IMG/VR virus record: IMGVR_UViG_3300009161_000033
Coordinates: 1-64,000 of that record
Source: a virus
Length of the DNA: 64,000 nucleotides
Reading direction: 5' to 3' (one strand)
Below are positions 38,406-48,347 of this stretch, in pieces. Both the position numbers and the translations under genes were made by a program. Position 1 is the stretch's first letter, and each line of letters opens with the position of its first letter. Under the pieces are notes generated by a model. It was not told the origin of the DNA. It made no database searches and worked only from the letters and a program-made list of their open reading frames with translations.

Positions 38406-39266
38406 ATGGCGACAAACAATTCCTTAGATTCGGTACTAGCACAGTACGAACAATCAAAACAAGGTGGTTATACTTCCACCTCAAAAATATCTCAAGAAGA
38501 TAGAATGAAAAAGTATTTCGCGGCAATCCTTAAGGATAACGAAAAACAAGGACAAAAAAGATTACGTATCTTACCAACACCTGATGGTTCTTCACCTTTC
38601 AAAGAAGTATGGTTCCACGAAGTTCAAGTAGATGGAAAATGGGTAAAGTTATTTGACCCAGGAAAAAATGACAATGAGCGTTCACCTTTGAGTGAAGTTC
38701 ATGAAGAGTTAATGTCAACAGGTAAAGATTCCGATAAGGAACTTGCTAAGTCCTACAAACCACGTAAATTCTACATTGTTAAGGTTATTGACCGTGACAA
38801 CGAGCAAGATGGTGTTAAATTCTGGCGTTTTAAACACAATTACAAAAACGAAGGAATTCTTGACAAAATTATTCCTATTTGGAGAGCTAAAGGTGACATC
38901 ACAGACGAAACAACAGGTCGTGACATTATCCTTGAATTAACCAAAGCAAAAACCCCAAAAGGTGCGGTTTATACAGTTATCCAAACTGTTATGTACGAAG
39001 ACGCGGGACCTGTTCACGAAGATGATGAGACTGCAAAATCTTGGATTACTGATGAACTTACTTGGTCTGACGTTTATTCTAAGAAACCTGTAGAATATCT
39101 TGAAGCGATTGCACGAGGAGAAACTCCACGTTGGGATAGTGACAAAGGCGGATACTCATATGGAAACTCTGATGAATCAGAAATTTCTATGGGTGGTACA
39201 TCTGAAAAACAACCAACTATTGACCCACAAGCGGGTGACCAACCTGACGAAGATTTACCATTCTAA
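38406..39266 (+). CDS. ssb: Single-stranded DNA-binding protein (T4 gp32-like)
   Basis: LRILP...PF..V.FH, Y.VKVIDRD.E.DGVKFW.F, D...GRD..L; acidic tail ending DEDLPF. Confidence 0.8.
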   Translation: MATNNSLDSVLAQYEQSKQGGYTSTSKISQEDRMKKYFAAILKDNEKQGQKRLRILPTPDGSSPFKEVWFHEVQVDGKWVKLFDPGKNDNERSPLSEVHEELMSTGKDSDKELAKSYKPRKFYIVKVIDRDNEQDGVKFWRFKHNYKNEGILDKIIPIWRAKGDITDETTGRDIILELTKAKTPKGAVYTVIQTVMYEDAGPVHEDDETAKSWITDELTWSDVYSKKPVEYLEAIARGETPRWDSDKGGYSYGNSDESEISMGGTSEKQPTIDPQAGDQPDEDLPF

Positions 39267-39272
39267 GTTATT

Positions 39273-39330
39273 GAACTTGGACATATACTTAGACGCGATG
39301 TCTTAGTAAGTGTCCAAGTTCTTATTTTTT
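39273..39330 (+). other. Long imperfect hairpin/palindrome between ssb and recA (terminator or operator)
   Basis: GAACTTGGACA/TGTCCAAGTTC 11-bp outer stem, inner TACT/AGTA and AGAC/GTCT stems, then TTATTTTTT. Confidence 0.7.
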
Positions 39331-39360
39331 TACAAAACATTTAACAAACACATAGACAAT

Positions 39361-40365
39361 ATGGCAATTAAGAAAAACGACTTTAAATCAATTAAAGATA
39401 AATTTTCTACGTCTGCGAAATACAAACCCCAAAGGTTTTTTGATTTGGGTAATGATTTCTTGGATGCGGTAGGTTTACCAGGACCAGCGATAGGACATTT
39501 GAACATGTTCTTAGGTCACTCAGATACAGGAAAGACAACGGCATTGGTAAAGACTGCGGTTGATGCACAAAAGAAAGGTATACTTCCTGTGTTTATTATT
39601 ACAGAACAAAAATGGTCATTTGAACATGCAAAATTAATGGGATTTGACTGTGAAGAAGTTGTTGACGAAGAAACAGGAGAATTAGATTGGGATGGGTTTT
39701 ACATCTTCAATAATAATTTTGATTATATTGAACAAATTACTGATTACATTAATTCATTATTAGACGCACAAGAAAAAGGTGAATTAGATTATAGTTTATG
39801 TTTCATGTGGGATTCAGTTGGCTCCGTTCCTTGTAAGATGACTTACGAAGGTAAAGGTGGTAAACAACATAACGCATCAACATTGGCGGATAAGATTGGA
39901 ATGGGTATTAACCAACGTATTTCAGGAAGTCGTAAGGCTGACTCAAAATTTGAGAATACATTAATCATTGTTAATCAACCTTGGGTTGAGTTACCTGACA
40001 ATCCATTTGGACAACCAAAAATTAAAGCGAAAGGTGGTGAGGCAATTTGGTTAAACTCATCTTTAGTATTCTTGTTTGGTAATCAAAAAGGTGCGGGAAC
40101 AACTAAAATTACAGCAACTAAAGATAAAAGAACTATTAAGTTTGCATCAAGAACTAAAGTATCTGTAATGAAAAACCATATTAATGGTTTAGGTTATGAA
40201 GATGGAAAAATCATTGTAACACCTCATGGATTTATTGCAGGAAAAGAAGCGTCGGAAGAAAAGGCCTCTATTGAAAAATACAAGAAAGAGTACGCCGACT
40301 ATTGGAAAGAAATCATTGGAACAGATGGTGATTTTGATTTAAAAGAAGAGAGAGAACAGTCATAA
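39361..40365 (+). CDS. recA: RecA/UvsX-like recombinase
   Basis: Walker A GHSDTGKT, Walker B FMWDS, IIVNQ, KGGEA, KNHI. The ATG at 39361 is preferred over the track's GTG inside the hairpin. Confidence 0.85.
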   Translation: MAIKKNDFKSIKDKFSTSAKYKPQRFFDLGNDFLDAVGLPGPAIGHLNMFLGHSDTGKTTALVKTAVDAQKKGILPVFIITEQKWSFEHAKLMGFDCEEVVDEETGELDWDGFYIFNNNFDYIEQITDYINSLLDAQEKGELDYSLCFMWDSVGSVPCKMTYEGKGGKQHNASTLADKIGMGINQRISGSRKADSKFENTLIIVNQPWVELPDNPFGQPKIKAKGGEAIWLNSSLVFLFGNQKGAGTTKITATKDKRTIKFASRTKVSVMKNHINGLGYEDGKIIVTPHGFIAGKEASEEKASIEKYKKEYADYWKEIIGTDGDFDLKEEREQS

Positions 40366-40381
40366 CTATAAACCAATACAA

Positions 40382-41386
40382 GTGATAAAAACATTATTAG
40401 TCGATGGGAATAACCTCCTTAAGATTGGATTTCATGGGGTAAAAGATTTTTATCATGATGGTAAACATATTGGTGGAATATGGCATTTTTTAAATACTAT
40501 CAGAAGATTTATTGAAGAACAAAATTTTGATAAAGTAGTCGTATTTTGGGATGGAGAAGAAAATTCTTTAAGTAGAAAACTTCTCTATCCGAGATACAAA
40601 GAAAATCGTACAAAAGAAATTAATGAGTACAAGGAGAGTTCTTTCCAATCCCAAAAAGAACGAGTAAAACAATATTTAGAGGAGATGTTTATTAGACAGA
40701 TAAACATTACTAATAATGAGGCGGATGATTTAATCGCCTACTATTGTCAGATTTCTCATAACGAACTTAAAACCATTTTTTCGTCAGATAAAGACCTTAC
40801 ACAACTTATTTCCGATAAAGTGAGTGTCTATTCACCTTCTGCTAAACTAACGTATAAGAACGGAGATAAAATCAAACTACAAGATTATTCTATCCCACAT
40901 GAGAATGTAAAAACTTATAAAATATTGGCAGGTGATAAATCTGATAATATTGATGGAATTTATTATTTAGGTGAGAAAACTTTAATCAAATTATTCCCTG
41001 AGCTACTTGACGAAACGGTTAAACTCACCGATATTTTAACAAAGGCAGAAAGATTATTGTCTGAAGATAAAGACAATACCGTCTTAAAAAATCTTCTGTC
41101 AGGAAAAACAAAAACAGGTATTTACGGAAACGAATTTTTTGAGATAAATGAAAAAATTGTAGACTTATCAAACCCATTAATTACCGATGAAGGTAAACAA
41201 TTAGTTGAACTGTATTATACAGAATCATTAGACCCCGATGGGAGGGGACACCGAAACATTATTAAAATGATGATGGAAGATGGATTTTTCAAATTCCTAC
41301 CTAAAGGGGACGACAATTGGGTGAAATTCCTAACCCCATTTTTAAAATTAACAAGAAAAGAAAAGAAAAAATTTAAACAAAAATAA
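40382..41386 (+). CDS. 5'-3' exonuclease / flap endonuclease (T4 RNase H-like)
   Basis: LLVDGNN, VFWDG, YKENR, EADDLIA, SSDKDL.QL, GDKSDNIDGI..LGEKT. Confidence 0.92.
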   Translation: MIKTLLVDGNNLLKIGFHGVKDFYHDGKHIGGIWHFLNTIRRFIEEQNFDKVVVFWDGEENSLSRKLLYPRYKENRTKEINEYKESSFQSQKERVKQYLEEMFIRQINITNNEADDLIAYYCQISHNELKTIFSSDKDLTQLISDKVSVYSPSAKLTYKNGDKIKLQDYSIPHENVKTYKILAGDKSDNIDGIYYLGEKTLIKLFPELLDETVKLTDILTKAERLLSEDKDNTVLKNLLSGKTKTGIYGNEFFEINEKIVDLSNPLITDEGKQLVELYYTESLDPDGRGHRNIIKMMMEDGFFKFLPKGDDNWVKFLTPFLKLTRKEKKKFKQK

Positions 41387-41387
41387 C

Positions 41388-41840
41388 ATGAGAGACCAAG
41401 ACACAACCAAATTAGAATTCTTAATGATGGTTAACGACAACATCATCGTTCAACGATTTTTCAACGTTAAAGAGTACAATCCTAACGCTAAAAGTTCTAC
41501 TGAATTGTATGAATACCTTTATGACTTTAAAGGTCAATTGGAGAGAGAATTGAAAATGAAATCTGTTACATATATGTTGGACAATACATATGAGATTTCA
41601 CAGAATCCTGCTATGTTAGAGACATCAAATACCGATGGTCCAGAACATTTTAACATTTTTATTAAGGTAGGAGACATGACAATTTGTCATAGAAGAATGG
41701 ATGCAAAAGTCTTCCCACCTAAAATAAGATACACCGTAGACATACGTCCGCACATAAAAAGTATACTTTCGGATTTGACTGACATTTTTTCGTCTAAAAA
41801 TTTAACATACGAGTACGCTGGAGTTCCGACAAAGGGGTAA
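41388..41840 (+). CDS. Hypothetical protein in the replication operon
   Basis: 150-aa ORF tightly packed between the exonuclease and helicase genes. Confidence 0.7.
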   Translation: MRDQDTTKLEFLMMVNDNIIVQRFFNVKEYNPNAKSSTELYEYLYDFKGQLERELKMKSVTYMLDNTYEISQNPAMLETSNTDGPEHFNIFIKVGDMTICHRRMDAKVFPPKIRYTVDIRPHIKSILSDLTDIFSSKNLTYEYAGVPTKG

Positions 41841-41868
41841 TATTTATTTTATACAAAACTTAAAAAAT

Positions 41869-43248
41869 ATGGCGTCAAACAAAAACTTTGATTATCTCGG
41901 AAGTAATTTTCAAATACAATTATTAAATCAAGTCGTGGTGGATAAAGACTTTTCAAGGTCTATCATTGATGTGATTGAAACTAATTATTTTGAAAACAAA
42001 TACTTCAAGATAATCATACAAATGATTAAAGAGTACTACTCTAAATACGAACACACACCAACGTTTGACACTTTAGAACAAATCACAAAATCAGAATTAC
42101 AACAAGAATTAGCGTCTAAAATTGTTTTAGATACTTTAACAAAAATCAAAGACGCACCGACTGAGGGACAAGAATTTGTTCAAGAGAAAGCGTTGAAATT
42201 TTGTAAACAACAAGAGTTACAAAAGGCGATTACTAAAGCTCAAAAAGTTATTGATGGTGGAGAGTTTGAAAACTACGACACGTTAGAGACTTTGGTAAGA
42301 GAAGCATTACAGATTGGTGAAAGAGAAGACGGAATGACTGACATTTTTGCCAATTTGGATGAGGTGTTAAATGAGGATTACCGACACCCAATACCTATGG
42401 GAATTCCTGGTATTGATAGACTACTTAAGGGTGGTCTCGCTAAAGGGGAGATAGGTGTGATATTAGCACCAACAGGAGTCGGTAAGTCAACCTTACTAAC
42501 TAAGATTGCTAACCATTCATTTAACTTGGGGTACAATGTCCTACAAATCTTCTTTGAAGATAACCCTAAAATTATTCAAAGAAAACACATTACTTTATGG
42601 ACCAAAGTTCATCCTGATGAGTTAACCTTAAAGAAAGATGAGGTAATGGCTAAAGTTAATCAAATTAAAAATTCTATGGAGAATAAGTTGATTATGAAAA
42701 AACTTCCATCTGATACTGTAACCATGTTACAAATCAAAAACCAAATCAGAAAACTAATTGCTGACGGTACTAAGATTGATATGGTATTACTTGATTATAT
42801 TGATTGTGTAGTACCTGATAAAAACTTAGGAGATGAATGGAAGTCTGAAGGGTCTGTAATGAGAGGGTTTGAATCAATGTGCCACGAATTAAATCTGGCA
42901 GGTTGGACTGCAACTCAAGGTAATAGGAGTTCAATCTCTTCTGAGGTTGTAACAACAGACCAAATGGGTGGGTCAATTAAGAAAGCTCAAGTTGGTCACG
43001 TAATCATTTCCGTGGCAAAAACATTACAACAAAAAGAAATGAAATTAGCAACTATTGCGATTACCAAATCACGAATCGGTGATGATGGTGTTGTCTTTGA
43101 AAACTGTAAATTTGATAACGGTATGTTAGAAATTGATACGGAATCATCTGTAACATTCTTAGGTCTTGAAGAACAAAACGAAGAGAAAAACAGACAAAGG
43201 ATTAAAGATTTATTAGACAAACGAAAACAAAGAGAAGAAAAAAATTAA
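41869..43248 (+). CDS. dnaB: Replicative DnaB-like helicase (gp41-like)
   Basis: Walker A APTGVGKS, Walker [19 protein letters not shown]. Confidence 0.9.
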   Translation: MASNKNFDYLGSNFQIQLLNQVVVDKDFSRSIIDVIETNYFENKYFKIIIQMIKEYYSKYEHTPTFDTLEQITKSELQQELASKIVLDTLTKIKDAPTEGQEFVQEKALKFCKQQELQKAITKAQKVIDGGEFENYDTLETLVREALQIGEREDGMTDIFANLDEVLNEDYRHPIPMGIPGIDRLLKGGLAKGEIGVILAPTGVGKSTLLTKIANHSFNLGYNVLQIFFEDNPKIIQRKHITLWTKVHPDELTLKKDEVMAKVNQIKNSMENKLIMKKLPSDTVTMLQIKNQIRKLIADGTKIDMVLLDYIDCVVPDKNLGDEWKSEGSVMRGFESMCHELNLAGWTATQGNRSSISSEVVTTDQMGGSIKKAQVGHVIISVAKTLQQKEMKLATIAITKSRIGDDGVVFENCKFDNGMLEIDTESSVTFLGLEEQNEEKNRQRIKDLLDKRKQREEKN

Positions 43249-43252
43249 AAAA

Positions 43253-44203
43253 ATGAACGAAAAAATATTAAAAGAAAATCCCGATAGATTTGTGATTTTT
43301 CCAATCCAACATAATGATATATGGGAATATTATAAAATGCACCAAGCCGCATTTTGGACCGCAGAGGAAATTGATTTAACAGGGGATATTAGAGATTGGG
43401 AAAACCTTTCGGATAATGAGAAGTATTTCGTTAAGAACGTATTGTCGTTCTTTGCGGCATCTGATGGAATTGTAAATGAAAACTTAGCTGAGAATTTTTA
43501 CCGAGAGGTTCAGTACCCTGAGGCTAAATTCTTTTACGGTATACAGTTGGCAATGGAGAATATCCACTCACTAATGTATTCTTTATTGATAGACACCTAT
43601 GTCTCAAATGAACAAGAAAAAGATGAATGTTTTCATGCAATTGATAGATTACCTGCAGTTCAAAAGAAAGCAAAATGGGCACTTGAGTGGATTGAAAACG
43701 GTTCATTCCAAGAAAGATTAGTAGCCTTTGCTGCCGTTGAAGGTATATTCTTCTCAGGTTCGTTTTGTTCTATTTTTTGGTTAAAATCAAGAGGTATTAT
43801 GCAAGGACTATGTAATGCAAACTCACTGATATTTAAAGATGAAAATCTACATTGTGATTTTGCAATTCACTTATTAAATAATCACTGTGAAAACAAACCA
43901 TCCGAGAAAAGAATTAAAGAAATTTTATTTTCTGCATTGGAGATTGAAAAGGAGTTTATCACAGAGTCACTACCAGTATCTTTGATTGGTATGAACTCAA
44001 ATTTAATGAAACAATATCTTGAATTTGTGGTGGACGGGTTACTTATTAAATTTGGTTATAAGAAACACTTTAACGTGGAACAACCATTCAAATTTATGGA
44101 ACAAATTGCCGTGGAAACTAAAGGTAATTTCTTTGAGTCTAGAACGGTTGAGTATCAAAAAGCAAAGCTTAATGAGACAATTTCCTTTACAGACGATTTT
44201 TAA
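43253..44203 (+). CDS. nrdB: Ribonucleotide reductase class Ia beta subunit
   Basis: [48 protein letters not shown]. Confidence 0.97.
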   Translation: MNEKILKENPDRFVIFPIQHNDIWEYYKMHQAAFWTAEEIDLTGDIRDWENLSDNEKYFVKNVLSFFAASDGIVNENLAENFYREVQYPEAKFFYGIQLAMENIHSLMYSLLIDTYVSNEQEKDECFHAIDRLPAVQKKAKWALEWIENGSFQERLVAFAAVEGIFFSGSFCSIFWLKSRGIMQGLCNANSLIFKDENLHCDFAIHLLNNHCENKPSEKRIKEILFSALEIEKEFITESLPVSLIGMNSNLMKQYLEFVVDGLLIKFGYKKHFNVEQPFKFMEQIAVETKGNFFESRTVEYQKAKLNETISFTDDF

Positions 44204-44222
44204 TCAACTATTTTATTAAACT

Positions 44223-46655
44223 ATGATGTCACTAAGAATTAAAAAAAGAGGTGGGGACGACGCGTCCTTTAACCCACAAAAAATTTATAATAGAATTAAA
44301 CGAGCTTCAAAAGGGTTGAGTGTTAATTCAGATGAAATCTTTATCAAGGTAATTACTTCAGTACCAACTGAGGGTTTAATTACCACTAAAGAATTAGATA
44401 AACTTATCTATGAAATTGCCGCGGCTTTTACAGGTAGTCATCACGATTACTCAAGATTGGCTTCGTCAGTTGCTATTTCATCTTACCATAAAGAAACTGA
44501 ACCAAGTTTCTCAAATACTATGCACATGTTACATGATGATGGTATTGTTAATGATGAATTCATGAGTATGATTGAATCATATGGACCTGATAAAATTGAT
44601 GAAGTTATTAATCATGATAATGATTATAATTTTGACTACTTTGCTTGGAGGTCCCTTCAAGAAATGTACCTATTAAAACTATCAGGTGGTAAAGTGGTTG
44701 AACGACCACAACATATGTATATGAGAGTTGCTATTTGGGTAACAAAATCATTTGAACAGGCGGTTGAGTATTACAAGTCATTGTCTAATCAATTAATTTC
44801 ACCTGCAACACCAATCATGATTAACGCGGGAACTAAAGTTCCTCAATTAGCGTCATGTGTGTTACATTACAATAATTCAGATTCTCGTAACGGGTTATTA
44901 AACACTTTAAATGACATCTCAACATACTCATCTGATGCTGCAGGTATTGGGTTATCTATGTCTAACATCCGAAGTAAAGAAAGTAGAATTTCTTCTTCAG
45001 GAGGATTTGCAGGAGGATTGTTAAAGTACTTGAAAATTGTTAATGAATCACTTAGATTCTTCAATCAGCAAGGACGTAGACCTGGTTCTGCAGCAATCTA
45101 TCTTGAACCTTGGCATAAAGATATTTTTGATTTATTAGATATTAAAAAGAATACGGGAGCTGAGGAATTAAGAGCGAGAGATTTATTTACGGCACTTTGG
45201 ATTCCTGACAACTTCATGAGAGCGGTTAAGAATAACGGTGATTGGTATCTGTTCTGTCCTAATGATATTTTAAAAAGTGGTATTAAACCATTACAAGAGT
45301 GTTACGGTGATGAGTACGAAGAGAATTACAAAAAGGCGGTTTCTATGGGTCTTGGTAAGAAAGTTAAAGCTCAAGAAGTTTGGAATAAAATTATTGAATC
45401 CCAAGTTGAAACAGGGGTTCCTTATCTTTGTTCTAAAGACAGTGCTAACAGAAAGACTAATCATCAGAATATTGGTGTTATTAAACAATCAAACTTGTGT
45501 AATGAAATTTATCAATTTACTGATGAGAACACAACCGCAATTTGTACATTATCATCCATGGTGTTGAAGAACTTCATTATTGATGGAAAATTTGACTTCC
45601 AACTATTATATAGTGAGGTTAGAAAAGTTGTTAAAGCATTAAATAAAGTAGTTGATATCAATAGTTACTCAACTGAGAAAGGACGTAAAGGAGGTCTTGA
45701 CCAAAGAGCTATCGCAATTGGAACTCAAGGATTGGCTGACGTTTTTTATTTAATGGATTATATTTTCACTTCTGAGGAGGCTCGTAAACTAAACAAAAAT
45801 ATTTTTGAAACGATTTACTTTGCAGCAATTACAGAAAGTATGGAGTTGTGTAAATCAGGTCAATATAAACCTTACTCTCACTTTGAAGGGTCGCCGATGT
45901 CAAAAGGAAATTTCCAATTTGATATGTGGGGATTAGACTATGAAGGATTAGGAGGAATGTGGGATTGGGATTCACTTAAATTAGAAGTGTCTAACCATGG
46001 TGTTTGTAACTCATTATTTACGGCTCAAATGCCTGTAGCATCTTCAGCAAAGATTACAGGTTCTTTTGAAATGACTGAACCCGCTCACTCGGCATTGTTT
46101 AACAGACGAGTTGTTGGTGGAGAAATTATGATTGTTAACAAATACTTAATTAGTGATTTTGAAAAGATTGGACTTTGGAGTGAAGATTTAAAAAATGAAA
46201 TCATTATTAATGAAGGGTCAATTCAGAATGTTAACTTTAACAATCATATTGATTTGGAAGATAAGAGATATAACTTCAAAGTTAAAAGAGTGGAACATTT
46301 AATTCAAAAATACAAAACCATTTGGGAAATTTCTCAAAGAGAGTTAATTGATATGGCGGCAGAACGAGCACCATTCATTGACCAATCACAATCAATGAAT
46401 ATCTACATGGCTAACCCAACATTGTCTAAAATTACCTCATCACATTTCCACTCATGGGAAAAAGGTTTAAAAACTTTGTGTTACTATGTAAGAACTAAAG
46501 CGATATCCACAGGGGCAAAACACTTGGCGGTTGATATCTCTAAAATGGAGAAATCAAAACCAATAGTTGAAAAACCTAATGTTGATTTTAGTAATATGAA
46601 TTTACCTGAAAAACCAATAGATAGTCAATTTGATTGTTTTGGTTGTTCATCTTAA
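44223..46655 (+). CDS. nrdA: Ribonucleotide reductase class Ia alpha subunit with ATP cone
   Basis: IKKRGG ATP cone, SPATP, QLASC, QQGRRPG, SNLCNE, IDQSQS, CYY, C-terminal CFGCSS. Confidence 0.97.
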   Translation: MMSLRIKKRGGDDASFNPQKIYNRIKRASKGLSVNSDEIFIKVITSVPTEGLITTKELDKLIYEIAAAFTGSHHDYSRLASSVAISSYHKETEPSFSNTMHMLHDDGIVNDEFMSMIESYGPDKIDEVINHDNDYNFDYFAWRSLQEMYLLKLSGGKVVERPQHMYMRVAIWVTKSFEQAVEYYKSLSNQLISPATPIMINAGTKVPQLASCVLHYNNSDSRNGLLNTLNDISTYSSDAAGIGLSMSNIRSKESRISSSGGFAGGLLKYLKIVNESLRFFNQQGRRPGSAAIYLEPWHKDIFDLLDIKKNTGAEELRARDLFTALWIPDNFMRAVKNNGDWYLFCPNDILKSGIKPLQECYGDEYEENYKKAVSMGLGKKVKAQEVWNKIIESQVETGVPYLCSKDSANRKTNHQNIGVIKQSNLCNEIYQFTDENTTAICTLSSMVLKNFIIDGKFDFQLLYSEVRKVVKALNKVVDINSYSTEKGRKGGLDQRAIAIGTQGLADVFYLMDYIFTSEEARKLNKNIFETIYFAAITESMELCKSGQYKPYSHFEGSPMSKGNFQFDMWGLDYEGLGGMWDWDSLKLEVSNHGVCNSLFTAQMPVASSAKITGSFEMTEPAHSALFNRRVVGGEIMIVNKYLISDFEKIGLWSEDLKNEIIINEGSIQNVNFNNHIDLEDKRYNFKVKRVEHLIQKYKTIWEISQRELIDMAAERAPFIDQSQSMNIYMANPTLSKITSSHFHSWEKGLKTLCYYVRTKAISTGAKHLAVDISKMEKSKPIVEKPNVDFSNMNLPEKPIDSQFDCFGCSS

Positions 46656-46665
46656 TTACGACATT

Positions 46666-46696
46666 AATCCCGACACTTAGTCGGGATTTTGTTTTT
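46666..46696 (+). terminator. Intrinsic terminator after nrdA
   Basis: AATCCCGAC-ACTTA-GTCGGGATT followed by TTGTTTTT. Confidence 0.85.
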
Positions 46697-46722
46697 AAGT
46701 TATATTTATTAATTAAAACACG

Positions 46723-47778
46723 ATGAACATTAAAAACATTTTAATTACCGAAATAGAAAAGAAAATTATTAGAGAAATGTATGGGATGATTACTGAGGAA
46801 GATTCAAAACCAATCAGAATTAGACATAAAGATACATCAAGATACGATGTTAATTCAACAGACCCTAAAAATTTTATAGATAAATTTGTAAATGATTTGG
46901 TTACCAAAATAGATGCGACTCCTGGAGGTAAACAAATGAGAGATAGTGGTAAGATGACTATAGTAAGTTTACTAACTCAAACAGGTGCTAGTAATCATTG
47001 GGGAGGTAAACCGACAGGTTATGATTTTGAAAATAATTTAACAACACCCGCATCGTCTAAAATTGAAACGGAACTTTACGATAAAAATAAAGATTTGTCT
47101 AAAAGAAGAGGTGATGATTTTAATAAATTGTTACAAACTAAATTAGATAAATTTGGTATTAAATTTTCACCTCAAACAAAAATGGCAACTTCTGCAGATG
47201 TTATTAATACAGGAGGTAAAAATGACGAACAAAAAGACTCATCCAAATACCCGAATAACGGTCAATATGTTGGACTTACTTTATCATTACAATACGCGGA
47301 TAAAATAACTACACAAACAACCTCACCAACTAAAGTGAACATTGCCTCATTTCAAAGTTGGAAAGATATTAAATCAGACCACATATTAACAGGGTCTTAT
47401 TTTTGTGATGGTACTAATAGTGAAAAACGTGGAGCTTCTAGTGATACTTATGAAAGTGTTTGTTCTAAATTACCTGAAAATTTAAGAAATCATGACCACA
47501 TATCCGCATTTGAAATAAAATGGGGACCTAATGTTATTGGAGCGACTTATACTGTACCCGTCGCAAGATGGATGTTTATATGGGGACCTGACAATAAAAT
47601 AACCTCAATCTACAGAAAACAATACAATAAGAAATATCCTGTGGACCAAAGTTTACCTGAACAACAAGTAACTCTTGATGACCCGACTTTAAAATTCTTT
47701 ATGGGAATATCAGAAGGTCAAACCGCAACTGGCGGGGAAAGATACAAAAAATATGTGTTACCTTTCATTAAAAAATAA
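46723..47778 (+). CDS. Hypothetical protein with ILITE/IIRE/MITE leader
   Basis: 351-aa ORF with its own TATTTAT motif; weak OmpA-like segment (GAS...NKDLSKRRG). Confidence 0.7.
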   Translation: MNIKNILITEIEKKIIREMYGMITEEDSKPIRIRHKDTSRYDVNSTDPKNFIDKFVNDLVTKIDATPGGKQMRDSGKMTIVSLLTQTGASNHWGGKPTGYDFENNLTTPASSKIETELYDKNKDLSKRRGDDFNKLLQTKLDKFGIKFSPQTKMATSADVINTGGKNDEQKDSSKYPNNGQYVGLTLSLQYADKITTQTTSPTKVNIASFQSWKDIKSDHILTGSYFCDGTNSEKRGASSDTYESVCSKLPENLRNHDHISAFEIKWGPNVIGATYTVPVARWMFIWGPDNKITSIYRKQYNKKYPVDQSLPEQQVTLDDPTLKFFMGISEGQTATGGERYKKYVLPFIKK

Positions 47779-47885
47779 TAAAACTATTTAATTTACCTTT
47801 AATAATAGGGAATTGACACACAGTAGTTGGTATTTTGTTTTTATAACTATTTATTGAAAATACCACGACACTATATTTATATTAT

Positions 47886-48341
47886 ATGGCAGAAGGAAAA
47901 ACATATGGAGTTAATTTCCCTTTTAGAGATTCTTTAAAAGGTAACTATCTTTCTTTATCACAAACCGCTGATGAGGAGGTAAGAAGTAGTTTAATTCATT
48001 TATTATTAACAAGAAAAGGTACAAGATATTATTTACCTGATTTTGGAACAAGATTATATGAATATATTTTTGAACCTATGGACGCTCCTACATTTTCTGA
48101 TATTGAGTCTGAAGTTAGAGATTCGGTGGCGGAATACATTCCTGGTATTACTATTACTAAAATTAGTGTCACCGCGGCATCGGATGGTGAAGAGGACAAA
48201 GGAACTTACGTTCAAGGGGACACAAGAGTTTACCGAGTACCTGGTATTAGTGAAAAGGAACACACTGCCAAAATTAAAATAGATTATATCATTACGGATT
48301 CCGCTTTTAATCAGAGTGATTTCGTAATCATTAATATTTAA
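47886..48341 (+). CDS. Baseplate wedge protein, gp25/GPW family
   Basis: YGVNFPF, LLLTRKGTRYYLPDFGT.LYEYIFEP. Confidence 0.92.
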   Translation: MAEGKTYGVNFPFRDSLKGNYLSLSQTADEEVRSSLIHLLLTRKGTRYYLPDFGTRLYEYIFEPMDAPTFSDIESEVRDSVAEYIPGITITKISVTAASDGEEDKGTYVQGDTRVYRVPGISEKEHTAKIKIDYIITDSAFNQSDFVIINI

Positions 48342-48347
48342 TGATAT

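Noticed and set aside
39310-39360. Track start of recA at GTG 39310 (and of the HAD gene at TTG 20778)
   Set aside because: Both lie inside hairpins. Downstream ATGs with A-rich leaders (39361; 20796/20802) are more plausible.
7068-46655. Introns, inteins or homing endonucleases in polB, recA, helicase or nrdAB
   Set aside because: All are uninterrupted and of normal length, with no intein splice motifs or HNH/GIY-YIG/LAGLIDADG ORFs seen.
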